From Zygnema circumcarinatum SAG 698-1b (Eukaryota > Plantae > Zygnematophyceae), in the NCBI GenBank assembly GCA_037447605.1, contig CM074807.1:3980829-4044828 (forward strand): 64,000 nucleotides of DNA. Direction: 5' to 3'. The notes below the pieces were generated by a model. The model saw only the letters and a program-made list of their open reading frames with translations, searched no databases and had not been told where the DNA came from. The position numbers and the translations under genes were made by a program. Shown here one piece after another: positions 50,395 through 62,790 of this stretch (the first letter of the stretch is position 1; each line of letters opens with the position of its first letter).

Positions 50395-52834
50395 TGACAT
50401 GAGGGGCCGGGCGAGGCCCTGCTTGGCGAGCGCCCGGCGTGTTGGTGTAGCCGATGGCCGGATCGCGGCGTGGAATATATGTCGGCCTTGGGCGAGGAAG
50501 CGCGTGGCGGGTTAAACTTAAAGTCTGCTGCTCGGCTGGCAGCGCGCTCCCCGGCAGCGCGCCGCCCTGCGTGCTTGGTAGGCTTACCAGCGGCCTTGCA
50601 TGCATGGCGGCCAGCAGCGTCACGTCTGGCGCGGTCCCTATATGTCGGTCCCGGCGGTCGGTCTTTGACGGTTGACGATCCGGCTCTGTGGGCCGAGCGA
50701 TGCGAGGAGATACCGTGGTGCGTGGCGCCCGGTGGTATGGCATTTACATTTACATTGCTCCCCCTAAAGGTCGTGGCGTCTGCGTGGGAAGCGTTAAGGC
50801 AAAAGCGACGCGGCTTCAGCGGTTTCGCCCGAAGTGCTGCGTGAGGTCGGGAGGGCTCGGCTTCTGACCGGTCCAAGTCCTTTTCAGAGTTGCGCCGCGG
50901 ATTTGCGGCGGGGGCGCCCACGTCGCGATCCGTGCTGCGCTCCTGTGACTTCGCCTCCCAATATAAGTTCACGAGCTGCTTGATGGGTCAAATTGCCTTC
51001 TTTCTCCCCAGCGTCTTATGTTCAACCCCGTAGCGGCCATCGCGAGATATTAGGTAGGCCGGGAAGTCGACCCCTTTTCACGGTTGGTGGGTCTGAATGG
51101 ACTCGACCTGCGTACTTTCGAGGTGCCTTGATATCCTTTGGCGGGGGTGGAGGTGGTACGCTCCCGTCACTTTCAATAACGGCTGTGACTACGTAAACGC
51201 GGATGTATCTTCATGTGAGCCGGTAAAGCCAGCTTGTAAGCGACTTCGCCAATGCGGCTCAAGACCTTGAATGGCCCGATGAGCAGAGTGGCCACAACTT
51301 CTGGGATTCCCAAGTAAGCCTTAGGCCTAAGGAGTTTCGCGATTACTTTCAATGACACGTCCTTGTTTGGAAGTGGTGAGAATGGATTTCGTCGACATAG
51401 ATTCTACTGTCGGAGACTACATCTTTGCCGGTGCCTTACCTGTGCACAGCTCCGGACATGAGTCAGTAAGATCTACTTGGTGTTGATCCCCGGCTCCTCT
51501 CAAGCCCCAGGGTCATCGTTCGGTGGATGCACGCGCATTCAGCGAGGGGCGATTCTTTGATCGCAGGTTTGCGGAAGGTGGGGATCGACCATAATTGAGA
51601 AAAAGAGGGGTCATTACCCGATTGATTCACGATGAGCATTGTTGATGGTATTAGGCGATGGGAGCAATGTATCCCAACTCATCGGCGTGGGTCCCCACGC
51701 GTAATGCAGCGAGGAAATCCTCCTGTCGCGGTTGACCCTCTAAAAGTCTGGCCGTCGGTTCTTAGGATGGCATTTGTCTTTGGCGCTTCTTGGTGCCCAC
51801 GATTTTAAGTGCGGTCAAAATGACGATGCGTCGAGGGGATCTACATTAGAAACAATAGTGGGTACGAAACCATGCAAGCTCCACACCTTGTCAACGTAGG
51901 GGCGCGCCACCTCTTCCGCCCCAGCGGACTTCCGCGTAGGTGCAAAGTGCACCATTTTGCTGAGACGGTCTACAAACACCATAATAGCATGGAAGTGACC
52001 CGTGGGGTTTTGGTAGATGCGTGATGAGATCCATGCAGATCTTTCTCCCACTTCTACGAAAGGGGGAGTGAGTGGTTGAAATTTGGCGAGAGATTACGCG
52101 ATCTTGAGGGGCTTATCACGTTGACCCGAGGGTTGGGCGGGCGGCACATATGCCGACACATCCGTCGTGAGTCCCGGCCACCAAAACTCACGGAGTACTG
52201 CCTCGGAGGTTTTGGCAACACCCATGTGGCCCCTGTAAGGAGGATCGTGCATCTCACACTTAGAATGAGGCTGGCGATGCGAATTGCCACACTTGGGAGC
52301 GTATGCGTGTAGCGGTACCAAAACGTCGTGGAAGTAGCGACACTTTATTCCTTATAGCCACTACGGCCGTCCAAGAACATAGGATCACCAGCATAACCCT
52401 CCCGAATCATCTGTCTAAGATCAGAGAGGGTAGGGGGGTCGACCGTGGCGCTGGTTGGGGTATCTATGGCTAAACACGTTGGGAAGGGAGAAGGTGAGTT
52501 GGCCGGCCCACCTTCTCGACCGCTTTGTTCCTCCAACACTCGGGTCGACGAGCGCACCATCCAGGCAAGATGACTGGACTGTCTGCTCAACGGATCGGCA
52601 ACATTCAACCTTCCTGGCCGATATACCCATTTGTAGTCAAATCTTTGGAGGAACTCGGACCAACGGGCCTGCCGCCTAGATAGTGTCTGTTGGGAGGAGA
52701 GGAAGGTCAAGGGCCGGTGGTCTGTGACCAGCGTGACGGCTTCCGCCCCCTCCAAATAGCAACGCCATGTCCTCAAGGCGTGAACAACTGCGAGCAGTTC
52801 CTGCTCGGTGGCCGAATAGTTTCGTTCAGCTGGG
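50395..52834 (-). mobile_element. Chromovirus-like element C, 3' part (RNase H, integrase, PPT, LTR), antisense inside the host integrase
   Basis: AERNYSATEQELLAVVHAL...RQARWSEFLQRF (52345-52834), GHMGVAKT/FWWPG, VDRLSKMVHF, GPFKVL...YKLALP. PPT AGGGGGAGCAA then TGTAAAT at 50754, candidate LTR end ATGTCA at 50395. Its integrase and 3' region resemble those of element A. Confidence 0.8.
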
Positions 52835-53305
52835 NNNNNNNNNNCTGCCATCTTGTCCTAATCTGCCTTACGCTTATCCCAATGACCGATGATAACTAGA
52901 AGCCTAGCTAAGAGACTAGCCGAGGAGAGGACAGGGGAAGAGAGCCCCCAAGGAAGGGCTCTTCGCGCATCGAGTCCAGCCGCCGGTGGGAACATCTTCA
53001 GGATCCCTACGTCTTCCGCTGCGCGTACCTCTGAATCCCCCGGATCCTGGCTCTATGCTGCAGGCAGACCCACAGAACCAACCCAACCCTTCATTAGTTT
53101 CAGCACGGACGCGCGTGTGGCCGTACAGCACCTGCAGCTAGCTCAGCAGTCTTTGTTTAACCCCACTTATCTTGTGCTACACCTTGCACGGCGCGCAGTG
53201 GCGGTCACGTTCGTACGGTACGAAATTGTACGAAACCGGCGGCTCTTTTTGAAGGGGAAGTGGAGCCATGGCGGAGATGACTGAAGGGGAGGCGCTGGGG
53301 CAGCC

Positions 53306-55040
53306 ATGGATGGACCTCGGAAGGTGATGGTGGCGGTAGACGGCTCCGAAGGATCTGACGAGGTTTGTGAATTATGGGTTTAATAGGTCGGTTTAGGGCT
53401 ATGATCTATGGAGAATGCTGCTGTTTGGATATGTATGGGTTTGCTGAATTGCGTTGATCTTTTAGGGATGAGAAGGAAAGGATAGGAAGATGGAGATGTC
53501 TTTTATAGTTTCTAACAATGGGTGTTTTATGAAGAGGTCAGAAATCTGTGCATGCAGGAAGGTTTGGATTTGGTGACTGTTTTTCTGACTGACTTCCTGA
53601 CCAATTGGGGGATTATACGCTGGTTGATGCGTTTTTTGTGTACGTGCAAATCTAAATGAATGCGATCTTGGGGAATTTCTGATGCCTTCCTTTTTTAAAG
53701 CATCACACGTTGGAGATGCCCGCTCTGGTTGTATGTGCCTGCATGGCAGCACGGTGGGCATCCATCAACGAATGCATGTGATGATGAGTAGCGCATGCAA
53801 CCCGAATGCATGGTCTATGCGATGTGTATGGGTGGGTGCGGAGATGGCAGGATGGGGAGCTGCATGCATAACGCAGTCATGTGATCATGCAGGCATTCAA
53901 GTACGCCCTCTCTCTCCTGGACGGGGAGGATTCGGTCATCGCCTTGCACGTTCAGCAGGAGTTTCCCGGTAAGAACGCTTTGAGTATCAGCTCATTTCTC
54001 TTTTTTTTCTCTTAAAGTTGTGATCATATCTCTCGAGAGATGGCTTATTTACGCTATTCATTTGTTCCAAGCCTAACGTTTGGGGATTTGTGGAGGGGGG
54101 CGGGCTGTCATCTGGCAGGTGGTGACTGGCCAGAAGGGATCGTCGCATATGAAGCGTTACAGTTGGCACAGTCAAGAGAGGAAGAAAACTGCAGGCAGCT
54201 GTTTCGTCATTATCAGAAGATGGTGCCTCTGAATGGGGTGAGTTCCTTACTGACATTAACCACTCAGATTCCCGAGATTATAAGGTTTCGTTGTTATAGG
54301 CTCAAACGACACGGCAAAGCAAGTGGTGTTCATTTACGGAAGTGAGAAACGGAGAGGGAGAGACCCTCCCCCTCCCTCTCTTTCTCTCTCTCTTTCTCCC
54401 GCTCGTTTTCTACTCCCCCTCGCTCCCCTCTCTCTCCCCTCTCCTACTCATGGGCTGATCTGGCTTCTCTCTGGAAGAATGGAGGAGAAAAGGGCATCTG
54501 TTGCGTGGATGTCATGCGAGTGAAGTATTGTTTATCATACTGACATGACATGGCCCCATGGCCCCACACGTGGCAGCCATCCTTCACCTCCATGACTGCT
54601 GTGGGCGATGCCCGAACGGAGATATGTGACGCGGCAAAGCAGGGAAATGTGGACCTCGTAGTGATGGGCTCACGGGGCCTCGGCAGAATAAGGAGGTCAG
54701 TTCACCGTGCCTAGTTTACCCCCATGAATGTGAGACTTTTTGCGTACAATAAACCCAAAATTACTGCTCTCGAAAGGGAGAGAGGGGGAGAGACTGAGGT
54801 TGACATGAATGTTCCAAGCGATGCGTAGGAGTTCATTTTGTTATCAAGAACGTGCGTGCATGCGTGCACACATACTTTTCTCCCATACTCCCCCCACCCT
54901 TATCTTGTCCCACTCTCCCGCTGCGCTCTCTCACTCATGTTATGCACAGGATGATGTTGGGGAGTGTGAGTGATGCGGTGGTCCGTTCGTGCCCCTGCCC
55001 CGTCCTTATCGTTCGACCCCCAAAAGAGAACACCCTCTAG
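53306..55040 (+). CDS. Universal stress protein A (USP) family protein, 5 exons
   Basis: Exons 53306-53362, 53893-53968, 54119-54237, 54577-54695, 54950-55040, in frame. Motifs RKVMVAVDGS, VIALHV, GDARTEIC, DLVVMGSRGLG, MLGSVSDAVVRSCPCPVLIVR. Confidence 0.94.
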
Positions 55041-56008
55041 TCGCGCTAATGTAGCCACATGTGACCTCATTAGACAGAGTGTCAACTATAGTGTGTAAAA
55101 TCTGCTAATGCTTTTGAGAATTTGTTAATATCTCTCCCTTCTTTCCCTCCCTCTCCTAACGCATTATGATAGGGTTTGTATGGTTTGAGCAGTTTGTACA
55201 ATTCGAATAGACTATTTCGTGTTAGTAGAGTCTGTACCCGGCATACGGCTATTCCGAGCTTACCAGTAATTCAACTGTTTACACTCAAAGTGTGAAAACC
55301 CGCCTTTCCAATTTTCAAATAGGCCGGCTCTTTGCCAAATCTGGAGAGTTCTTAAACTTCTTACATGGTTGTTTAAGTGGATGTGTACATTGTTCAAGCA
55401 TATAACGATTGAAACAAGAAGGGAAGGTGAGGGAGGTGAGAGAGAGGAGAGAGGAAGGAGAGAATTTTTTGGCCTCAGTTGCTGGTTCCTACCTCTTAAT
55501 TCTTGGCGATGCTCGCTCTCCCACGTCAGCTCAGCTCCGGCTGCTCTGCACATACTCATCACTCAGCAATTAAGACCATCCTGGTGCCGTCCATGACACC
55601 CATCCCCATTACATGCACCAGTTTCCGTTGAAATAGGGTTGCTCGGACAAAGGCATGTGATTACTGCAAAAGCAAACACAGTACAACGTTAAGCAGCGAA
55701 AAAAAAAAAAAAAAAGCGAATTGCTCCTCTTATCAGAGGCCTCAGGACGAGCTAAGTTGGCCTCTGAAACCTACGTTTTGAGGAGCAACCAACTAGGAGC
55801 AGATGCATTCAGTAACCACTAAGGGGAAGATCATTGAACGGATAAATCTGGAGGCTTCCCCGCCTTCTAACGCTCAATACGGTTGCTTCCATAATCACTT
55901 ACATAACTATAAACTGCAGAACTAAAAAATTAATGAACAAATGAAAGAATAAATGTTGTAACGCCCATCTCAGGCAGCATGTAGCCTGTCGACTTGACTT
56001 GACTTGCC

Positions 56009-57929
56009 CTACTTTAACCAGACCTCGATATAGTGTCGCATAATGCCGCCAGGAAAGTACAGGGAGGAGTCGGCCAAGACTTGGCTCCATGGCCGGCTGA
56101 AGAAGTCAGGAAACCCCCAGCCATCGCGGCATACCTTTCCTACAAACTCTTTTTGAACAATCGGATTCTCCTTCATCTCCTCAGGGGAAGAGGGCTCTCC
56201 AGAAAGCACCATAAAACGGGCCCTGCACTGCACTTCCTTCACCTGCGAAAAGCCGTGCACTCTCAAATAAATGCAAAAGTGTGGCTCCGCTTCCGGTGTT
56301 CTTCTCCTAATGTAGGAGTCGACAGTGAGCCACGTCCCATCCCTTGTGAGTTGAGGCTGCATCTCAGCTCTTGGCGCCGGATCTGCCCAGGTCCGGCATG
56401 CCGTCAAGGGCAATTCCAGCAGGAACGACACATCAGGGGGCTTATACGACGATCTTGGCTGAAATTTCAGTCCCAAATCCCCACGCAATTTCCTGCAAAG
56501 CCTTGGTGAACTTCTTTCTGCAACAGAGGCCAAAGCTTGGATCACCAGGGCTTGGCCATCCTTAGTATCGAGCTCCGGAACTTGCAATACCGTATCTCTC
56601 AAGAAGCTTGGCCGCATCCACTGAAACCTAATATGCTTAGAGAGCTCGTTGAGGACTTTTTTCCTCTCATCCATACTCCAAGGAAAGTTGTACCTAACCC
56701 ATAGCAACACTGCTTCAAAGACCAACTCCTCTGAGCTGACCTGCAAGTCGTCCGATTCTAAGATTTGTTCAAGGACAAACGGGGAAAGTTCTAGAAACGT
56801 AAAACTGTTCGGATCTTTCTCTATGAACGGTCCAAAGTGTTCCACAAGACAGCTTCGAGATGGTTCTTGCAGAGGCTGGATGGCCGGATTTGACAGAAGA
56901 GCAGGTGCAAGGTCAAGTATGAGTCTTGCTTGAGTAGGAAGCAGGTCAGGAAGATAGTTTTTCAGGAGGGTTCCGCAAACGCCTATGCAGTCGATGACAA
57001 GAAACCTGTCCGCAATGATAAGGAGCTCCACTAGAGCTTCGAAGGATTTTGTGAAATTTTCTGAAATCTTTCCCCTGTAGACTACGCTGAGAAGCTCCAT
57101 CATCGCGACTTCCTCTGCAAGCACATTCAAATACATAGTGAAAGGGGAAGGTTCGGGTGTTGATGGAGGTATAAAACCGCGAGTAACTGGAAATGTCTAC
57201 ATGCAAGAAAAGAACATAATTGACGACCTCCAAGTGGCGAGAAAAGTTCAAATTTACAACGTCCGTTCAAGTACTGCTAATGATGCCTTTTTGTCGAAGC
57301 AAACAACTGTCACACGACCATCATGCATCATGCTGCTTACCATGAGCAGCAATGTGAATGGACACTGGGCGACTTTTCAGGTTGGACTCCTGCATCCCGT
57401 TTGTGAATAGCTTCAAAAAGTATTCGGATTTTGCCGCCAGCAACAGGGAGTTGACTGGGAGTTGCCGCACTTTAGTGCTGGCGATCGCGATGGATGCAGA
57501 GGATTTCTCAGCAGCTGAATCATCACCATCGCTTACATATGCGTTTTGGTCGACCGCTGCACCATCACCATCAGCATCACCACCTTCTGCACGGAACCAG
57601 AAAAAGACATCAGTGGTCTGGCCTCAAATCTTCGACCAAAAGCTTGAACTTTTCCCAATTCCCTGATTTCTGAAGCGAAAACCCCTAAGAAATAAGAAGA
57701 TAATAGTTGAAGGATAGTTAAACTTACCAAGTCCTTCGCTCTCAGTTGCTTCTATGACAAGCCGCAAAGTGCGGTCAGCAAAAACTGCATTTTCGAATGC
57801 AAAGCCAAAGCTGAAGTGTGTGAGGGCTCCCATATCTCGAAGCTGAGAGCCGACAAAAACCATCTCTAACCTTCCACCACCATGATGCACCTGCCCCTGA
57901 TCCTCCGACTCCACAATGTCTGGCGCCAT
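56009..57929 (-). CDS. BTB/POZ-BACK protein of the POB1/LRB type with a MATH-like C-terminus, 3 exons
   Basis: Exons 57929-57728, 57586-57341, 57114-56009. Motifs FGFAFENAVFADRTLRL, LAAKSEYFLKLFTNGMQES, EEVAMMELL, ILESDDLQVSSEELVFEAVLLW, IRFQWM, GFPDFFSRPWSQ. An acceptor just upstream of the ATG allows an extra 5' exon. Confidence 0.88.
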
Positions 57930-58894
57930 CGTGGCTGGTGAGCCTGCATTACGTGTCAAAATGATACAAATCTAAGCAACTTCAAATTATCCGAAACGAG
58001 AGGAACAATAATATAACTCCCCATTGGCCAATAAGGATCGCCCGCTGGCTACAGCGACAGAGAGAGAGAGAGAGAAAGCAGACGAGAGAAACGGATGTCG
58101 AGTGACATGAATGTTGTACAACGCTTGCAGTCATCCTTGTCTCAGGCAGAATGCATCACAAGAGGTGAATATTACTTCCTTTGGTACCAGAGGAGAGCAA
58201 TTTTAGGATTGGTACTTGAATTACTGAAATCTACGCAGAAGAATGCAAATGGACTTAAGCAAAGTGAACAGAGAGTGGGTCTCATCAACCTTTCAAACAA
58301 ACTGCCAGAAGATTTGCGCCTCCGCTTGTACAAATCCAACACATGCGGCACTGTTTCCTTTATCGTCTAACAAACGTTTCAAACTGCATACTCCGATTTC
58401 AGAAGTTTAAGATATAACCGAAACACCAACTCTAAAGCGAATGACGCCTGAAGTGCCAGAACTTTCTGTTTCCGCTTTTTCCACGCTTGTGTTTATTCAT
58501 GCTGCTTCCAGAAAAGCCATCCAGACGATCCTTTTACATTAAGAACGTCCAGACAGACAAAAATATTCTCAGTCTTTTCCAATCTTAATAAACCTCTGCT
58601 TTTCACCAAACTCATTTCCAAACCTGCGGCTCCCTCCCCACTGCTCTTGCATTGACAGCCCTATACATTCTTGCCTCCTTTCCAATTCAAAGCCTGTCAC
58701 AGTAAGTCAGAATGCAGCTCATTGATTCCTCCTCCCTATCCATCAATCCATACCGTAATCCATGGCATCTGGAATACTGAATCCCTTGCAGCATTACTGG
58801 TCTTTGCAAATATTGAGTGGCCTGATAAAAGCGCAGAAGGTTAGCGCGGACTGCAGCATGGATGGATGCAGGGAAGCAGAAAGGCCTGCCAACG

Positions 58895-58931
58895 TCCGTA
58901 CCGTACGGATAACATATCCTTACGGTACGGA
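58895..58931. other. Stem-loop (16-bp stem with one mismatch, 5-nt loop)
   Basis: tccgtaccgtacggat-aacat-atccttacggtacgga read directly. Confidence 0.8.
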
Positions 58932-61630
58932 TTCGTTGCTACCTACTAAAGACGCTCCATGTGACCATAAAGCGGAAGTCTTGTTCAGTTCACAGTTAGA
59001 ACGGGCGCCCAATGACGGTGTGCCACGTCTGCAGAACATGCCACGTGGTGTGTTTTGATTGGCTTGTTTTCTCTATTAGTTGTCAAAATTGTTGATACGA
59101 ATCTTATGTAAGATCTGAAAAGGATCTTTGAGGGACACGTTTTGAGATTTGCATCTCTGTTGAATTTAAGAAAGGAAAAATGCAATGCTAGCGATGACGT
59201 AAAGCAGCGATTTCTTACCATGGGTGATGTCGTCATGGTCCAACTTTCTGCCACGGGTGGAAGCTCTGAAGTTGCAAACTTGGGCCAAAAGTTTGCAACC
59301 TCTGGAACGAAGCTTCAAACAATTCGCACGAGCGATCTGCGGTTGGCCGCGGAGGGAAAGCAAAAGGGCCACCGGTTTTTGGGCCGTTAGCGCGAATGAA
59401 AGAGCGCCACGTGGCAAGCACTGACGCCATCTTCAAAAAAATCGCTTCAGGATTTCTACAGCTCATCTTGATGACGTCATCTACAATGAAGTCTGACAAT
59501 CTAGCATTCGTTCTGATGGGTGAGTGACGTGGGCCGTACAGCGAAAACCGAGCTTTTCCCACTTTCCGGGCGGCCTGCGGCGGCCGTTTGTCGCCGTATC
59601 CCGCAGATTCAATACAGATTTGGTCAAAGATTTCAATACTGTATCAGAAAAGTTAAAAAGATTCTTGTCGTTGGGTGGACCGTACAGTACCGTGTTATAT
59701 CGTATCGTAATGTATCGTAACGTATCGTGAGTAGCCCCAAATTAGGGCAATGCGTTGTTGGCTTTGTTGATGGCAAGCTAAGGGACATTCCGCTCATAGT
59801 CATAGCCCTACTATTGTTCAAAGGTGACTTGTGAGCTTTTGGTTCACAGTGGTGAACATACACATTGATTTTGTATACTTCACTCCCTACATATTGAACA
59901 TTTCTAACAGTCTCATTTGCCGCTATGAACAACCCCCCCCCCCCTCTCCCCCCCTCTCTCTCACTCTCTTTCTCCCTCTCTCCCCCCCTCTCTCTCTCTC
60001 TCTCTCTTTCTCTACATCTCTCGCTATGTTTTAAAACGTCTTCTTCATTGGCTCGACCTACATGATAGGGAAACTGGCCAGCAGACTTTCCTTTTGGGTC
60101 AAACCATGTCACTAGCAGACATGACTAGATTATGCACTACGAAATGCAAGCGAAGGCCCGACTGTCAGGTCCACTCGCTACATCATTCCTAAAAATGGAG
60201 AGAGAGCGTATCGTACAAATGAGGGCAAATGGAAAATGTGAGGGATGACGAACATTGAACTACGTCGCTTGCGTGTGACTCCTCCNNNNNNNNNNATTCG
60301 TTGCTACCTACTAAAGACGCTCCATGTGACCATAAAGCGGAAGTCTTGTTCAGTTCACAGTTAGAACGGGCGCCCAATGACGGTGTGCCACGTCTGCAGA
60401 ACATGCCACGTGGTGTGTTTTGATTGGCTTGTTTTCTCTATTAGTTGTCAAAATTGTTGATACGAATCTTATGTAAGATCTGAAAAGGATCTTTGAGGGA
60501 CACGTTTTGAGATTTGCATCTCTGTTGAATTTAAGAAAGGAAAAATGCAATGCTAGCGATGACGTAAAGCAGCGATTTCTTACCATGGGTGATGTCGTCA
60601 TGGTCCAACTTTCTGCCACGGGTGGAAGCTCTGAAGTTGCAAACTTGGGCCAAAAGTTTGCAACCTCTGGAACGAAGCTTCAAACAATTCGCACGAGCGA
60701 TCTGCGGTTGGCCGCGGAGGGAAAGCAAAAGGGCCACCGGTTTTTGGGCCGTTAGCGCGAATGAAAGAGCGCCACGTGGCAAGCACTGACGCCATCTTCA
60801 AAAAAATCGCTTCAGGATTTCTACAGCTCATCTTGATGACGTCATCTACAATGAAGTCTGACAATCTAGCATTCGTTCTGATGGGTGAGTGACGTGGGCC
60901 GTACAGCGAAAACCGAGCTTTTCCCACTTTCCGGGCGGCCTGCGGCGGCCGTTTGTCGCCGTATCCCGCAGATTCAATACAGATTTGGTCAAAGATTTCA
61001 ATACTGTATCAGAAAAGTTAAAAAGATTCTTGTCGTTGGGTGGACCGTACAGTACCGTGTTATATCGTATCGTAATGTATCGTAACGTATCGTGAGTAGC
61101 CCCAAATTAGGGCAATGCGTTGTTGGCTTTGTTGATGGCAAGCTAAGGGACATTCCGCTCATAGTCATAGCCCTACTATTGTTCAAAGGTGACTTGTGAG
61201 CTTTTGGTTCACAGTGGTGAACATACACATTGATTTTGTATACTTCACTCCCTACATATTGAACATTTCTAACAGTCTCATTTGCCGCTATGAACAACCC
61301 CCCCCCCCCTCTCCCCCCCTCTCTCTCACTCTCTTTCTCCCTCTCTCCCCCCCTCTCTCTCTCTCTCTCTCTTTCTCTACATCTCTCGCTATGTTTTAAA
61401 ACGTCTTCTTCATTGGCTCGACCTACATGATAGGGAAACTGGCCAGCAGACTTTCCTTTTGGGTCAAACCATGTCACTAGCAGACATGACTAGATTATGC
61501 ACTACGAAATGCAAGCGAAGGCCCGACTGTCAGGTCCACTCGCTACATCATTCCTAAAAATGGAGAGAGAGCGTATCGTACAAATGAGGGCAAATGGAAA
61601 ATGTGAGGGATGACGAACATTGAACTACGT
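58931..61630 (+). repeat. Direct duplication with a 1365-bp offset (58931-60285 and 60296-61630) across a 10-N gap
   Basis: The two copies look identical and the ORF track repeats at exactly +1365. Both copies end at gaps. Confidence 0.95.
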
Positions 61631-61733
61631 NNNNNNNNNNCCCCTCCCGCTCCCCCTTCCCCTCCCGCTCCCCCTCCCCCTCCCCCTCCCCCTTCCCCTT
61701 CCCTTCCCCCCCCTTGCGCGCTCCCTCACTGAC

Positions 61734-62041
61734 AGGCGGAGGACCTTCCCTTGTTCGTCGCACGTGTCGCCCGCCCATTGGCTGCAGTCCGCGACAGCCG
61801 CCCACGAGCTCAGCACCGCCGCGTCGCGCACCTTCAGACTCGCGCGCACCGCCATACGCGGCGTTACCAGTGCCCGCCGGCCCCATGCACGTCCATGAGA
61901 CCTCTGCATGCATGCATTCGTACAAGCCCACGAGGCCGATGCGAGCCCACTCACTTTGCTGCGTGTCATAGAGGCCGCGAGACAGAGCAGCGCCAAGGGG
62001 GCGACGGCGGCAGGGGCGTGGGGAGCGGTGGAGGGCGCCAT
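61734..62041 (-). CDS. Possible 5' end of a secreted/receptor LRR protein (signal peptide plus LRR N-terminal cap)
   Basis: MAPSTAPHAPAAVAPLALLCLAAS (hydrophobic), then LSSWAAVADCSQWAGDTCDEQGKVLRL resembling LRRNT (LxSW..C.W.GV.CD..G.V..L), ending at a phase-2 donor CT|GTCAGT. Downstream LRR exons are not found beyond the gap. Confidence 0.45.
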
Positions 62042-62482
62042 GGCTCCCCGCGGAGAGCGCGGGAAAGAGGAGAGAGAAGGGAGAGGGAGAGGGAGAGGGG
62101 AGAGCGAGAGCGAGAAGGAGAGGGAGAGGGAGAGGGGGAGGGGAGAGCGAGATGGAGAGGGAGAGGGAGAGGGAGAGGGAGAGAGAGAGAGAAATGGAGA
62201 TGGAGAGGGAGAGGGAGAGGGAGAGGGAGAGGAGAGAGCGAGAGGGAGAGGGAGCGGCGAAGGATGTGTGGGAGGTCGGGAAGGCGGGGCAGCTGCGTGG
62301 TTGTTTGTTTCTCGCTGGGGACGGTAGGACATAGGACTGATCGAGACTCGGATAGGGCTGGCGATTTCATCCAAAGTTTCGGCTAGATTGAAAAAAGAGA
62401 AAAAAAAACAAAAAAAATGTGGCATTTATCTCACGATGGCGATGCCTTTAAATAACACAAATAGACTACATAAATACGCGAT

Positions 62483-62790
62483 ATACCCCATTTTCTGCAC
62501 ATTCGATCCAACAAAACACACAACCAATCAGGACGCGCGACGTGGCAACGTCCAACTCGCGGCAACTATACCCCATTTTCATTAAATTCACCTTTGACAA
62601 CATAATCGAATCCGTAGGTCACATAAAACAAAAACACGTGGCAATAACTGAATACCCCATTTTCTGCACATTCGATCCAACAAAACACACAACCAATCAG
62701 GACGCGCGACGTGCCAACGTCAGACTCGCGGAAACTATACCCCATTTTCATCAAACTCATCTTTGACACCTTAATCGAACTCGTCGTACG
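62483..62790 (+). repeat. Diverged tandem duplication with a 169-bp period
   Basis: ataccccattttctgcacattcgatccaacaaaacacacaaccaatcaggacgcgcgacgtg occurs at 62483 and 62652. Confidence 0.9.

Larger units (their letters stand above)
36456..53181 (+). mobile_element. Ty3/gypsy LTR retrotransposon family B (host of the nest), with two nested insertions
   Basis: Termini TGTAGC (36456) ... GCTACA (53181), with CCTT on both sides. Region 37126-37460 recurs at 52845-53181 (LTR 3' part). Degenerate gag (WLRHLEEK, ~45340), protease (AMIDTGA, ~47320), RT/connection (LKSFLGLTSFYRRFI, ~48740), RNase H and integrase core (FLAVDRYTKW, ~50000) lie in 44600-50390. No chromodomain seen. Confidence 0.75.

Noticed and set aside
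58931-61630. 1365-bp tandem duplication as a real biological duplication
   Set aside because: The copies appear identical, are separated by and end at 10-N gaps, and begin right after a hairpin. This is typical of overlapping contig ends. Read depth or long reads would decide.
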